Shown in pieces: positions 1 to 7,263 of a stretch of 64,000 nt of DNA; the stretch's first letter is position 1; every line of letters begins with the position of its first letter. The position numbers were made by a program, and so were the translations under genes. Below the pieces are notes generated by a model that saw only the letters and a program-made list of their open reading frames with translations, was not told the DNA's origin and made no database searches. The stretch comes from Patescibacteria group bacterium (lineage in GTDB: Bacteria > Patescibacteriota > Saccharimonadia > CAILAD01 > JADZBC01). The DNA is taken from contig JBPOIL010000005.1 in assembly GCA_052034495.1 (NCBI GenBank), positions 24,710 through 88,709 of the forward strand, given 5' to 3'.

Positions 1-156
1 TCGTTAGTGCGATGTATATTCGAACCCATCGTTTGGCCATCTTTGCGCGGTAGAGTGTGGATGTACGGCCCATCTATTCAACTTCCTCTCATGCTAGCAA
101 CTAGGTAACTGAACAGTAAGAATTATGCCTATTTATATTATATAAACAAGAAGACC

Positions 157-198
157 CCTTTCGGAGTCTTCGTTGATAATACTTATGCTTGGTGAACC
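157..198. repeat. Copy 1 of a 42-bp direct repeat. It consists of the 10-mer cctttcggag, a 9-nt spacer, and the 23-mer ataatacttatgcttggtgaacc. The partner copy is at 1641..1682.
   Basis: The 23-nt core is identical between copies and the 10-mer sits at the same offset in both. The two copies are 1484 bp apart and bracket two minus-strand genes. Confidence 0.8.
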
Positions 199-286
199 AT
201 GCGATATCGAATTGGAACACCTTGCTGAGTGAGATGGTGGTGTGGTATCACCTAAACCCACAACCGCAGTTGTGAACTTGGGGGAT

Positions 287-310
287 GGCAGGAGCTCGGA
301 AGCTCCTGCC
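287..310. other. Perfect 10-bp hairpin, ggcaggagct-cgga-agctcctgcc, lying in the GC-rich 3' flank of the 372..842 gene.
   Basis: The inverted repeat is visible directly. There is no U-tract on either strand, so its role as a terminator is uncertain. Confidence 0.35.
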
Positions 311-371
311 TGCCAGAGTGTCGTTCTAGCAACGCTGCGCAGTATTGCTATGCGCGCAGGACATGGTTGGG

Positions 372-842
372 TCAGGCGTCGGCGGGTGCCGGCTCCTTGT
401 TGGTGAACTCGTCGCGCAACCGCTGCTGCTCGCCCTCCAGGAAGGTCCGGAGCTCGACCGTCAGCTCGTAGCTGTGCTCGCGAGCGGCCTCGGCCGCGGC
501 GTATTCCTCATCCACGTACGCCAGGTAGGCAACGTCGTCCTCATCCGGCACCCAGTCGGGGTGCTCGTCCTGCCACTTGAGCTGCTTCTCGCGAAGGGCC
601 CGCATGGTGTCGCACTCGACGGCACGCGAGAGCTCGATGGCTGCTTCACGGGTCATGCTCTCAGCCCTGACTCGGGACATCTCAGCCTCGAACCGGAGCA
701 TCTCCGGGGAGAGGCAGTCGAGCGGGAGCTCGGCCGTACCTCCGACCGTGATGAGCACACCGGGCAGCCCTCCGCCGAGCAACATTCCCAAAACTCGGTC
801 CATTTGACCAGTACCTATCTTTCTCCCCGTCCGGGGAGACAA
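372..842 (-). CDS. Hypothetical protein of 156 aa. Roughly the last 140 codons and the 3' flank are about 68% GC, against about 48% for the window.
   Basis: The minus-strand ORF has a plausible, charged, non-repetitive composition, whereas the overlapping plus-strand ORF 345..932 reads as antisense junk. Third codon positions are heavily G/C (gag, ctc, gcc, gac). No family was recognised. Confidence 0.45.
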   Translation of the reverse strand: MSPRTGRKIGTGQMDRVLGMLLGGGLPGVLITVGGTAELPLDCLSPEMLRFEAEMSRVRAESMTREAAIELSRAVECDTMRALREKQLKWQDEHPDWVPDEDDVAYLAYVDEEYAAAEAAREHSYELTVELRTFLEGEQQRLRDEFTNKEPAPADA

Positions 843-932
843 CCTAAGGTAAGGACGCGGCCTTGCTTAGACTATCTTCCCGAGAGGAGAAAGGAACATC
901 ATAATAGCATACTTAAGCACAATAGTCAATAA

Positions 933-1616
933 CTAAGGCTTCTTTAGGAGTATTATTGGGCGCGCATATGGCCAGGAAGGCGAGCCACTTGCTGGAGTGT
1001 ATCGAGGCCTGAAAAGTAACACTTGAGCTGACTGTAGCTCTTCTGGTGTGGCCACAACACTCCAGTCATTGAGCCCATTTATATCTAGGCTGGAGTCAAT
1101 CTCATAAAGCTTCGTCCTGGCGTATACACCTATGCCGCCTGCGACTCCAGCATAGTCGATAGGATTATTAGATATTCTACCGTCACGTACAAGCGAATCG
1201 ACTGGCGCTAGAAAATACTCAGTCGCATTGGGCCTATCTAGCAACCTTTGCTCTGAACGGATAAGTGCCTCTTGGTTTTTAATCAAATCGTCCGCTTCAG
1301 GCCAACCAGCCTTTCTGATTTCTTCAATCATGTCTCGGTGGTCGGCTATACTTTGTTCTATGTCTGCCCGCCATTGCGGGTCAGTGCCAGTAAACGGCTT
1401 CTCGCCGTCGCCATGATAGCCGCTTACTACGACATCTTCAGGGTCTATACCCGCCTGTTCAAGGGTGCCGATAAGGCTCTCATATAGCTGTTGTGCATAC
1501 TCTGGGTGAACTGGCTTTCCTTTATCAAATTGGCCTGGTTCGCTCGTCTTGGCTACTGAAGAAACTTCCGTGATGTCTTCTGTTCGTAGTCCAGGTTTGG
1601 GTATCGGCTCGCTCAT
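933..1616 (-). CDS. Hypothetical protein of 227 aa.
   Basis: A long ORF with normal composition. It is co-directional with 372..842 and 90 bp upstream of it. No recognisable domain. Confidence 0.55.
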   Translation of the reverse strand: MSEPIPKPGLRTEDITEVSSVAKTSEPGQFDKGKPVHPEYAQQLYESLIGTLEQAGIDPEDVVVSGYHGDGEKPFTGTDPQWRADIEQSIADHRDMIEEIRKAGWPEADDLIKNQEALIRSEQRLLDRPNATEYFLAPVDSLVRDGRISNNPIDYAGVAGGIGVYARTKLYEIDSSLDINGLNDWSVVATPEELQSAQVLLFRPRYTPASGSPSWPYARPIILLKKP

Positions 1617-1640
1617 AGAATAATGTTAGCACAAAAGAGT

Positions 1641-1682
1641 CCTTTCGGAGCCCTCCTTAATAATACTTATGCTTGGTGAACC
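1641..1682. repeat. Copy 2 of the 42-bp direct repeat; the partner is at 157..198.
   Basis: It carries the same 10-mer and the same 23-mer at the same spacing. It lies just upstream of the 933..1616 start. Confidence 0.8.
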
Positions 1683-1714
1683 TAACGAGATTCAAACACC
1701 CTACGTAGCCGAAG

Positions 1715-3499
1715 CTACTTAACGATCTCGAACTGTTTAAGCTTAGCCTTCGTGGCCTTCGTAACTATGCCCGACTGTAGGCTGAGTAACTCGGCATAAA
1801 TTCCATTACCCTTGGCGAGTTTTGCCGGTGGACCCATCTCGATAATCTTGCCGTCTTGAATACCGATTACCACATCCACGCTCGCGATGGTACTTAGGCG
1901 GTGAGCGATAATCATCGTAGTGCGGCCCTTCATGAGGCGTTCAAGCGCCGTCTGCACTTCCCGCTCCGCCTTGCTATCAAGAGAGCTGGTAGCCTCGTCG
2001 AGGATTAAGATCGGCGCATCCTTAAGGATAGCCCGCGCTATGGCAATGCGCTGCTTCTGTCCGCCCGAGAGCTTTACGCCTCGTTCACCTATCTGGGTAT
2101 CAAAGCCTTTGTCTAACTTCTGAATAAAGCCAAGTGCGTTGGCTGCCTTCGCTGCAGCCTCCAACTTCTGCCTTGACACTTTACCGCTACCATAGGCAAT
2201 ATTCTCCCCGACTGTGCCCGAAAATAGTGCCGGCTCCTGGAATACCACGCCGATGTTCTTACGCAAGCTCGATTGTGTTACTTCTGTGATGTCTTTACCG
2301 TCAATCATTACCCTACCGCTCTCAAGCTCATAGAAGCGCAACATAAGGTTGGCAATAGTACTCTTGCCTTCACCGCTCTGGCCGACAAGCGCAATCTTTT
2401 GGCCTGGCCCAATGTCGAAGCTAATGCCATTAAGCACCTGTTTGCCGCCAGTGTAACCAAACGATATTGCCTGGTAGGTGATCTCGCCCTTGCGTACTTT
2501 GAGCGGCTTAGCCCCAGCTTTATCGCTAATACTTGGCGTCAGCCCCATAACCTCAAAGTAATCCTTACTCCCGGCCTTGGCTTGCTGCAGGGCATCAACT
2601 ATAAATGATGAGCCGAAGAGTGGCATCTGGGCCTGTGAAACTAGCTGAAGAAGTAAGGTAAACTCACCAAGCGTAATCTGGCCCTTGAATGCCTGCCAGG
2701 TAATATAGCCGTAGATCAATGCAAAAACTATATTCAGCACAAAACGCCGGGCTACATCATACTTGTGCCAAACTATCGACTGCGTCTTAGTCTGCCCTTC
2801 GATAGATTTGCGCTTACCACGATAAAAAGCAGACTCTAGCGCATCGGTCACAAAGGATTTAACCACACGGATCTGCCCAACTGATTCGACGAATCGCCCA
2901 TTAGCAACGTCTAGGTCTTGGTTGATCCCCATCTGAACCTTTTGCCAATGCCTACTTGAAAGCTGTGTTATGTATATGTAGGCAGGGAAGATTATGGCCA
3001 AAAGAACTGCCACAGGCCATGAATAGTAGCTTATTAACCCTAGTGTAATAATGGTGGTCAAGAAGAACTGGGCAAAGTTATTCGCCATGGTCTTCATGAG
3101 CTCACTGATTGTCCCAATTGTTCGCTCAAGCCGAGCAGTGATCTTGCCGGTAATCTCGTTATCATAATACTCAATAGGGAGCGACATCAGGTGGTCATAG
3201 TAGCGTTGGCTCAGGAGAGTGTTGAGCTTAACAGACATCATGTCCCCCAGATAGCCATTAATGTTTGAAATCAACGTTCCTGCCACGTCGCTGAGTAAAA
3301 TAAGGCAGATAATTACAATGAAGTAGCCGATTTCATAGCTGCCACCGGCACTGTTGGCCACCAAGCCATCGACGATCATCTTGACCAAGAATGGTGAGGC
3401 AAGGCCCAGGAGCGCCACGACAACTACCATCAAGGCAATTGCTAGGTAATAACGCCATAATTTCCATGAGTAACGAATAATTTTAAAGATGTCTCGCAT
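1715..3499 (-). CDS. ABC transporter in which the permease and ATPase are fused, of the type I exporter family (MsbA/MdlB-like).
   Basis: The N-terminal half is a six-TM region. The C-terminal half has Walker A GQSGEGKST, the signature LSGGQKQRIAIARA and Walker B ILILDEATSSLD. There is no N-terminal C39 peptidase domain. Confidence 0.88.
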   Translation of the reverse strand: MRDIFKIIRYSWKLWRYYLAIALMVVVVALLGLASPFLVKMIVDGLVANSAGGSYEIGYFIVIICLILLSDVAGTLISNINGYLGDMMSVKLNTLLSQRYYDHLMSLPIEYYDNEITGKITARLERTIGTISELMKTMANNFAQFFLTTIITLGLISYYSWPVAVLLAIIFPAYIYITQLSSRHWQKVQMGINQDLDVANGRFVESVGQIRVVKSFVTDALESAFYRGKRKSIEGQTKTQSIVWHKYDVARRFVLNIVFALIYGYITWQAFKGQITLGEFTLLLQLVSQAQMPLFGSSFIVDALQQAKAGSKDYFEVMGLTPSISDKAGAKPLKVRKGEITYQAISFGYTGGKQVLNGISFDIGPGQKIALVGQSGEGKSTIANLMLRFYELESGRVMIDGKDITEVTQSSLRKNIGVVFQEPALFSGTVGENIAYGSGKVSRQKLEAAAKAANALGFIQKLDKGFDTQIGERGVKLSGGQKQRIAIARAILKDAPILILDEATSSLDSKAEREVQTALERLMKGRTTMIIAHRLSTIASVDVVIGIQDGKIIEMGPPAKLAKGNGIYAELLSLQSGIVTKATKAKLKQFEIVK

Positions 3500-3537
3500 T
3501 CACTTAGTATATCAGTCAGGTAGGCTCAAAAAAAGCG

Positions 3538-3565
3538 TTGACACAAAGCGCAAGCGGAGTAGAAT
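3538..3565 (+). promoter_or_regulatory. Near-consensus sigma70 promoter with TTGACA, a 16-nt spacer and TAGAAT, preceded by an A-tract.
   Basis: TTGACA is at 3538..3543 and TAGAAT at 3560..3565. The run aaaaaaa just upstream looks like an UP element. Confidence 0.6.
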
Positions 3566-3571
3566 AAAAGC

Positions 3572-3947
3572 AATTCGGCGTGGCAAGTTCAGCTTCACGA
3601 TCTTCTCCACAAAAGCCCGAGGGGGCCGGTCTCGTACCGAAACTACCCAATCGGACTCAAGAAGTCGGTGACAACTGCTCAAACCACCCCGAACCATGTG
3701 CCGGCGCTCGTCCGGCCGCACCGTACAGGGGGCGCTGTCGGCCCGGAGAATAGACCCCACCCATCCATGGCGCCTTACCAGCGTTGATGGGCCAAAGGCC
3801 GCGTCTCTTCTCCGGGTCCTCAGCCCAAGATCTAAATTCTGGCTCCGACTGCAGGGGAAGTCGGATCTTGGCGGGTCCCTGGGAGCACTGCACCCGCTCC
3901 CAGGGACCGCGCTCGCCACTTTCACCTTGAAGGTGGCATATTTTTTT
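3572..3947 (+). ncRNA. Candidate structured non-coding transcript of about 375 nt and about 65% GC. Its family is unidentified; tmRNA, RNase P RNA and SRP RNA consensus motifs were not found.
   Basis: It is bounded by the strong promoter at 3538..3565 and the intrinsic terminator at 3915..3947. Neither strand has a convincing ORF. It contains a perfect 14-bp hairpin at 3872..3909 and several shorter helices. Its composition is atypical for the locus. Confidence 0.45.
3915..3947 (+). terminator. Rho-independent terminator: a 10-bp stem, gccactttca/ggaaggtggc with one G-U pair, a 3-nt loop, then TTTTTTT.
   Basis: The hairpin and the seven-T run are seen directly in the sequence. Confidence 0.75.
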
Positions 3948-3994
3948 ACTAAAAATTAGCTATTATTTTGGTGCCAGAAAGTGCTTTAAAGTGC

Positions 3995-4023
3995 TTGACA
4001 AAGTGCTTACGGTATGCTAATAT
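3995..4023 (+). promoter_or_regulatory. Sigma70-type promoter, TTGACA-17-TAATAT, upstream of the Rpf-like gene, leaving a leader of about 155 nt.
   Basis: TTGACA is at 3995..4000 and TAATAT at 4018..4023. The leader contains a hairpin, gctcggaatccgagc. Confidence 0.5.
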
Positions 4024-4183
4024 AGCTCCGTTCACTTGATTTTAGATGCGCTTCGACCTGTTAGGAATTACCTTAATACGGTCGTTTTTGTTTCTAAGCC
4101 AAGTGCGCGACCGCTCGGAATCCGAGCAGAGCATTAACTAGGAAAAGGACGTAGTTTAGGAGGGTATCTACACGTAGATACAC

Positions 4184-4765
4184 ATGTATAAACACATCCA
4201 ATCGCTTATAGTCGCCGTATTATTTGCAACCCAGGTGGCCAACCCGCTACAAATTCCCGCCACCGCTACAGCCGAAGCTGCCGCCAAGGCCGTAAGTAGC
4301 CCAAAAGTAACTTACAATCTAAATATCAACACAAACTCACCTCAGGCAGTAGAGCTTGTTGCCCTGAAGCCTGACTTCGATCAAGAGGTCATGGCCCCTA
4401 TCAAGGCTGCTCAAGCTGCTAAGGCAGAGGCCGAAGCAAAGGCTGCCGCTGCTGCAAAGGCGGTGCAGATCACCGTTGCAAGTGCCCAGATAGACAACCA
4501 GTCGAACCGAAAAATCGGTGTAGCTACTGGTGACGTTTGGGAGCAAATGCGCCTGTGTGAAGCCGGTGGTGACTATACCCGAAACTCGGGTAACGGTTAC
4601 TACGGTGCCTACCAGTACAACCTAGGTACTTGGGCCAACTACGGTGGCTATGCGTATCCACACCTAGCCCCTCCTGAAGTTCAGGACGCTAAGGCGCGTG
4701 AAACCCAAGCCGCTCGTGGCTGGAGCCCATGGCCTGCCTGCGCTCGTAAGCTTGGCTTACTCTAA
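4184..4765 (+). CDS. Secreted transglycosylase-like protein resembling a resuscitation-promoting factor (Rpf).
   Basis: It has an N-terminal signal peptide and an Ala/Lys-rich linker. The C-terminal domain shows the Rpf pattern WEQMRLCEAGGDY..GNGYYGAYQYNLGTW..GG....QDAKA....GWSPWPAC, with a conserved catalytic Glu and two Cys. Confidence 0.75.
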   Translation: MYKHIQSLIVAVLFATQVANPLQIPATATAEAAAKAVSSPKVTYNLNINTNSPQAVELVALKPDFDQEVMAPIKAAQAAKAEAEAKAAAAAKAVQITVASAQIDNQSNRKIGVATGDVWEQMRLCEAGGDYTRNSGNGYYGAYQYNLGTWANYGGYAYPHLAPPEVQDAKARETQAARGWSPWPACARKLGLL

Positions 4766-4779
4766 GCTGACCTGCACGC

Positions 4780-4819
4780 AAATACCCCCTTGGAATTTCC
4801 TCGGGGGTATTTGTTTTGG
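4780..4819. terminator. Intrinsic terminator, aaataccccc-loop-gggggtattt, followed by GTTTTGG. It terminates the Rpf gene and may act on both strands.
   Basis: A 10-bp stem with a 13-nt loop and a T-run on the plus strand. A weaker T-run is present on the minus strand. Confidence 0.7.
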
Positions 4820-4831
4820 CCTATTTCCTAG

Positions 4832-5014
4832 CTAGTCGCAAGAAACGCAGACGTTGAAACTTTCAGCATCTGCAGCCTGTACGCCCGCTAAAAAGTCATC
4901 TTGATCTTGCTCGACCGTCTCAACCTTTACGGCTTCCTGCTGATCTACGGCATTTGTTAGTTCGCTCACCCTCCACGTCCTCCTTTTGTTTATAGTGCTT
5001 ATGATACTAATCAT
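4832..5014 (-). CDS. Small acidic peptide ending in FNVCVSCD. The ORF is 60 aa from the ATG, or 46 aa from a GTG at 4969 that has the strong RBS aaaaggagg.
   Basis: The ORF is in the track. A strong Shine-Dalgarno sits 9 nt before the in-frame GTG. The body is very acidic (DQQEAVKVETVEQDQDDFLAGVQAADAE) and the C-terminus has Ser/Cys residues. Confidence 0.45.
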   Translation of the reverse strand: MISIISTINKRRTWRVSELTNAVDQQEAVKVETVEQDQDDFLAGVQAADAESFNVCVSCD

Positions 5015-5051
5015 ACCACCATGGGTAGTGTATGCAAGTGTTTTTTGGCGG

Positions 5052-5537
5052 CTATGCTTGTTTTAATTGACGAGCTTTCATGAAGAAGAATATCGCCATA
5101 GCACCACAAGCAAAGCTCACTATAATTAAAGCTTTGCCTAGATTATTCAGCAGTACAAGCGTGTCAAAAGAAAGGTTCGGCACGACACCCCTGCTATACA
5201 TCAGGATGCCCGCAATCACTACAAGATCCATAACGGTCCACAATATCTGGCTCACCACAATTGGCTTGAGTTTATGAAAAAGCCCATATGACAATGAAAC
5301 CACTCCAAGCATCAGGTACATCACCCAAGATAGCAAGGATACTCCCTGGGCACTTTGCTTGGTAAAGATTTCGACCACTTGCGGTGAAGCACTCACCGGC
5401 CCCACGATCGAGACCATGCCCATCATCTTATCAATTACGCGACCCTCCATAGCACGAAGGCTTGCTTGTGACTTTTTCTTTTTGACCATAAGAGTATTAT
5501 AATCAAGACACAAGCCTATGTCTAAAAAGAAAACCAA
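5052..5537 (-). CDS. Small polytopic membrane protein with three or four TM helices. The likely start is M17, at 5489.
   Basis: Hydrophobic helices are visible. The N-terminal segment MVKKKKSQAS is Lys-rich. No family was recognised. Confidence 0.5.
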   Translation of the reverse strand: MVFFLDIGLCLDYNTLMVKKKKSQASLRAMEGRVIDKMMGMVSIVGPVSASPQVVEIFTKQSAQGVSLLSWVMYLMLGVVSLSYGLFHKLKPIVVSQILWTVMDLVVIAGILMYSRGVVPNLSFDTLVLLNNLGKALIIVSFACGAMAIFFFMKARQLKQA

Positions 5538-5751
5538 GCACGACTACAAAACGATCGCCTATATCTGCCTAATTACGCAGGCGGCGCTTGTTGTAGTGGC
5601 GCTCTTTATTACGCTAGTATTCTTAGCGCCGAATGACTTTAAAGAGACCTACACAGACTACAAGGACTGCATTAATAGCCTCACCCAAGCAAATCCGTCA
5701 GCAAGCTCTGAACTCCAGGCTCAGCAATGCCCCAAGCCAGTTCTTAAATAA
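5518..5751 (+). CDS. Small single-pass membrane protein of 77 aa, hypothetical.
   Basis: MSKKKTKHDYK is followed by a 23-aa hydrophobic helix. There is no clear RBS. It is convergent with the rel gene. Confidence 0.3.
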   Translation: MSKKKTKHDYKTIAYICLITQAALVVVALFITLVFLAPNDFKETYTDYKDCINSLTQANPSASSELQAQQCPKPVLK

Positions 5752-7215
5752 CTATTTATTATGCAGGTGGGCCCGCACTTTATTGCGCGCCTTGTCGGTC
5801 CTTAAGAAGCTCACCCACTCCAGGCTTGGGTGAGCTCTTTTTTGAGTTACGACCTCTACGATATCACCGTTGTGGAGAACCTTGTCGAAGGTGGCAATTC
5901 TGTGGTTTACGCGTATAGTATGGGCCTGCAAGCCAATGTCTGAGTGAACAGCAAAGGCAAAATCAAGCGCGGTAGCGCCTTCTGGCAGGTCATAAATGTC
6001 CCCCTTTGGTGAGTAGGTGAATATCCTATCCGCAAATAAATCAACCTTGAGCCGCTCATAAGCCGAGCTGCCGCCCTCGAGTGAGCTAATAGCCTCTTGG
6101 AGGGTTATTACCCATTGCATGTTGCGTGGCACGCGCGCTGCCTCGCCGCGGGCATAGTTTTTGGCCAACTTCTGCTCGTTATAATGGAAGCTTGCGGCCA
6201 AGCCGCGCTCGGCATGAATGTGCATCTCCTCGGTTCGAATCTGGAATTCAACCACCTGTCCCTCGGGCGTCAGCACCGTTGTATGAAGCGACTGGTAGCC
6301 ATTCGGCTTTGGCACGGAAATATAGTCCTTAATTCGAGTTGGAAGCGGTTGATATAGACTATGAAGCAAGCCGAGTGCGCGATAACAACCCTCGACGTCA
6401 TCCACCAATACACGCAGGGCAATCAGGTCATATATGTCCTCGAAGTTGCCTTCAACTTTTTTAAGCTTCTTATGCAACGAATACACGCTCTTAATCCGAC
6501 CTTCGAGCCGAGCGTGCAGACCGGCTTGCCTAAATACCTTCTCCACGTTCATTCGTACATTCTCCAGGTTCTTATGGGCCTGACGCACCCGCTTCTTTAT
6601 GACCGTCTGAAGGTCCTTATACGCAGCGGGTTCCAAATACGAGAACGCGAGCTCTTCGATCTGCACCCTGAGCCTGCCCATCCCCATCCTGTCGGCAAGT
6701 GGAGCAAATACATCGAGTGATTCACGCGCTATCTTGCGCTGCTTTTCCTCGCTCAAGTAACGAAGTGTTTGTAGATTGTGTAGGCGATCGGCCAGCTTAA
6801 TGATAACCACCCTCAAATCTTGGCCCACAGCGATGAGCAGTTTGCTCAGATTCTCGCGCGTTTCAGGGCGATATTGCTCCATGCTACGCATGCCGCTCCG
6901 CACCTTACCAACCTTTGTGACTCCGTCGACCAAAAAGGCGACATCCTCACCAAACCTGGATTCAATGTCCTCCAGGGTAGCCTTGGTGTCTTCGACTGTG
7001 TCGTGCAGAACACCTGCAATCACAGAATCGATATCAAGCTTCCAGTCGATCAATAATGATGCGACGTGCAGCGGATGGGTAATGTATGGCTCGCCGCTTT
7101 TGCGCTTTTGGCTCGCGTGGGCATCCGTAGCAAGTTCCACAGCGGCTTTGAGGCGCGTGATTTGCTCTGGGGCATAATGCTGCTCTGCTTGAGCAATGAG
7201 GGTTAGGGCTTTCAT
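5752..7215 (-). CDS. rel: Bifunctional (p)ppGpp synthetase/hydrolase of the RelA/SpoT family. It is a short form of 487 aa, with the HD, synthetase and TGS domains but no ACT domain.
   Basis: The HD motif HPLHVASLL..VLHDTVEDT is present. The synthetase region RIKSVYSLHKKL..DLIALRVLV is present. A TGS-like C-terminus, DRIFTYSPKGDIYDLPEGATALDFA, is present. Confidence 0.85.
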   Translation of the reverse strand: MKALTLIAQAEQHYAPEQITRLKAAVELATDAHASQKRKSGEPYITHPLHVASLLIDWKLDIDSVIAGVLHDTVEDTKATLEDIESRFGEDVAFLVDGVTKVGKVRSGMRSMEQYRPETRENLSKLLIAVGQDLRVVIIKLADRLHNLQTLRYLSEEKQRKIARESLDVFAPLADRMGMGRLRVQIEELAFSYLEPAAYKDLQTVIKKRVRQAHKNLENVRMNVEKVFRQAGLHARLEGRIKSVYSLHKKLKKVEGNFEDIYDLIALRVLVDDVEGCYRALGLLHSLYQPLPTRIKDYISVPKPNGYQSLHTTVLTPEGQVVEFQIRTEEMHIHAERGLAASFHYNEQKLAKNYARGEAARVPRNMQWVITLQEAISSLEGGSSAYERLKVDLFADRIFTYSPKGDIYDLPEGATALDFAFAVHSDIGLQAHTIRVNHRIATFDKVLHNGDIVEVVTQKRAHPSLEWVSFLRTDKARNKVRAHLHNK

Positions 7216-7225
7216 ATTTAGTAGT

Positions 7226-7256
7226 ATAGCAAAAGGAGCCTCAGTGGGCTCCTTTA
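7226..7256 (-). terminator. Intrinsic terminator downstream of typA, with the stem aggagcc/ggctcct followed by TTTT on the minus strand.
   Basis: The hairpin is at 7234..7253 and a 4-T run follows in the minus orientation. Confidence 0.5.
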
Positions 7257-7263
7257 GTAGTTC

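Noticed and set aside
1-60. A GGTTCGAAT sequence on the minus strand that resembles a tRNA T-loop.
   Set aside because: The flanking bases do not form a 5-bp T-stem around a 7-nt loop, and no acceptor or anticodon arms are evident.
345-932. A 195-aa plus-strand ORF overlapping 372..842.
   Set aside because: It reads as antisense junk, rich in Leu, Arg and Val, which is typical of the reverse strand of a GC-rich gene. The minus-strand ORF has protein-like composition.
3572-3947. An attempt to call the transcript tmRNA or RNase P RNA.
   Set aside because: On neither strand could I find the tmRNA 5' GGNUUCGAC or its T-arm, or the RNase P P4 strands AGGAAAGUCCGG and ACAGAANCCGGCUUA. A GGTGCGG...GAGCGC resemblance on the minus strand is chance-level and on the wrong strand relative to the promoter and terminator.
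3512-3959. Three overlapping ORFs of 78 to 137 aa inside the GC-rich transcript region.
   Set aside because: Their Arg/Pro/Ser-rich composition is typical of random frames in GC-rich DNA. A strong promoter and terminator on the plus strand bound a region with no SD-led start. It is better explained as a non-coding RNA.
4030-4183. A possible c-di-AMP (ydaO) riboswitch in the rpf leader.
   Set aside because: It lacks the conserved GGGG, CCCG and paired GGGUGAAUC elements. Only a short gctcggaatccgagc hairpin is present.
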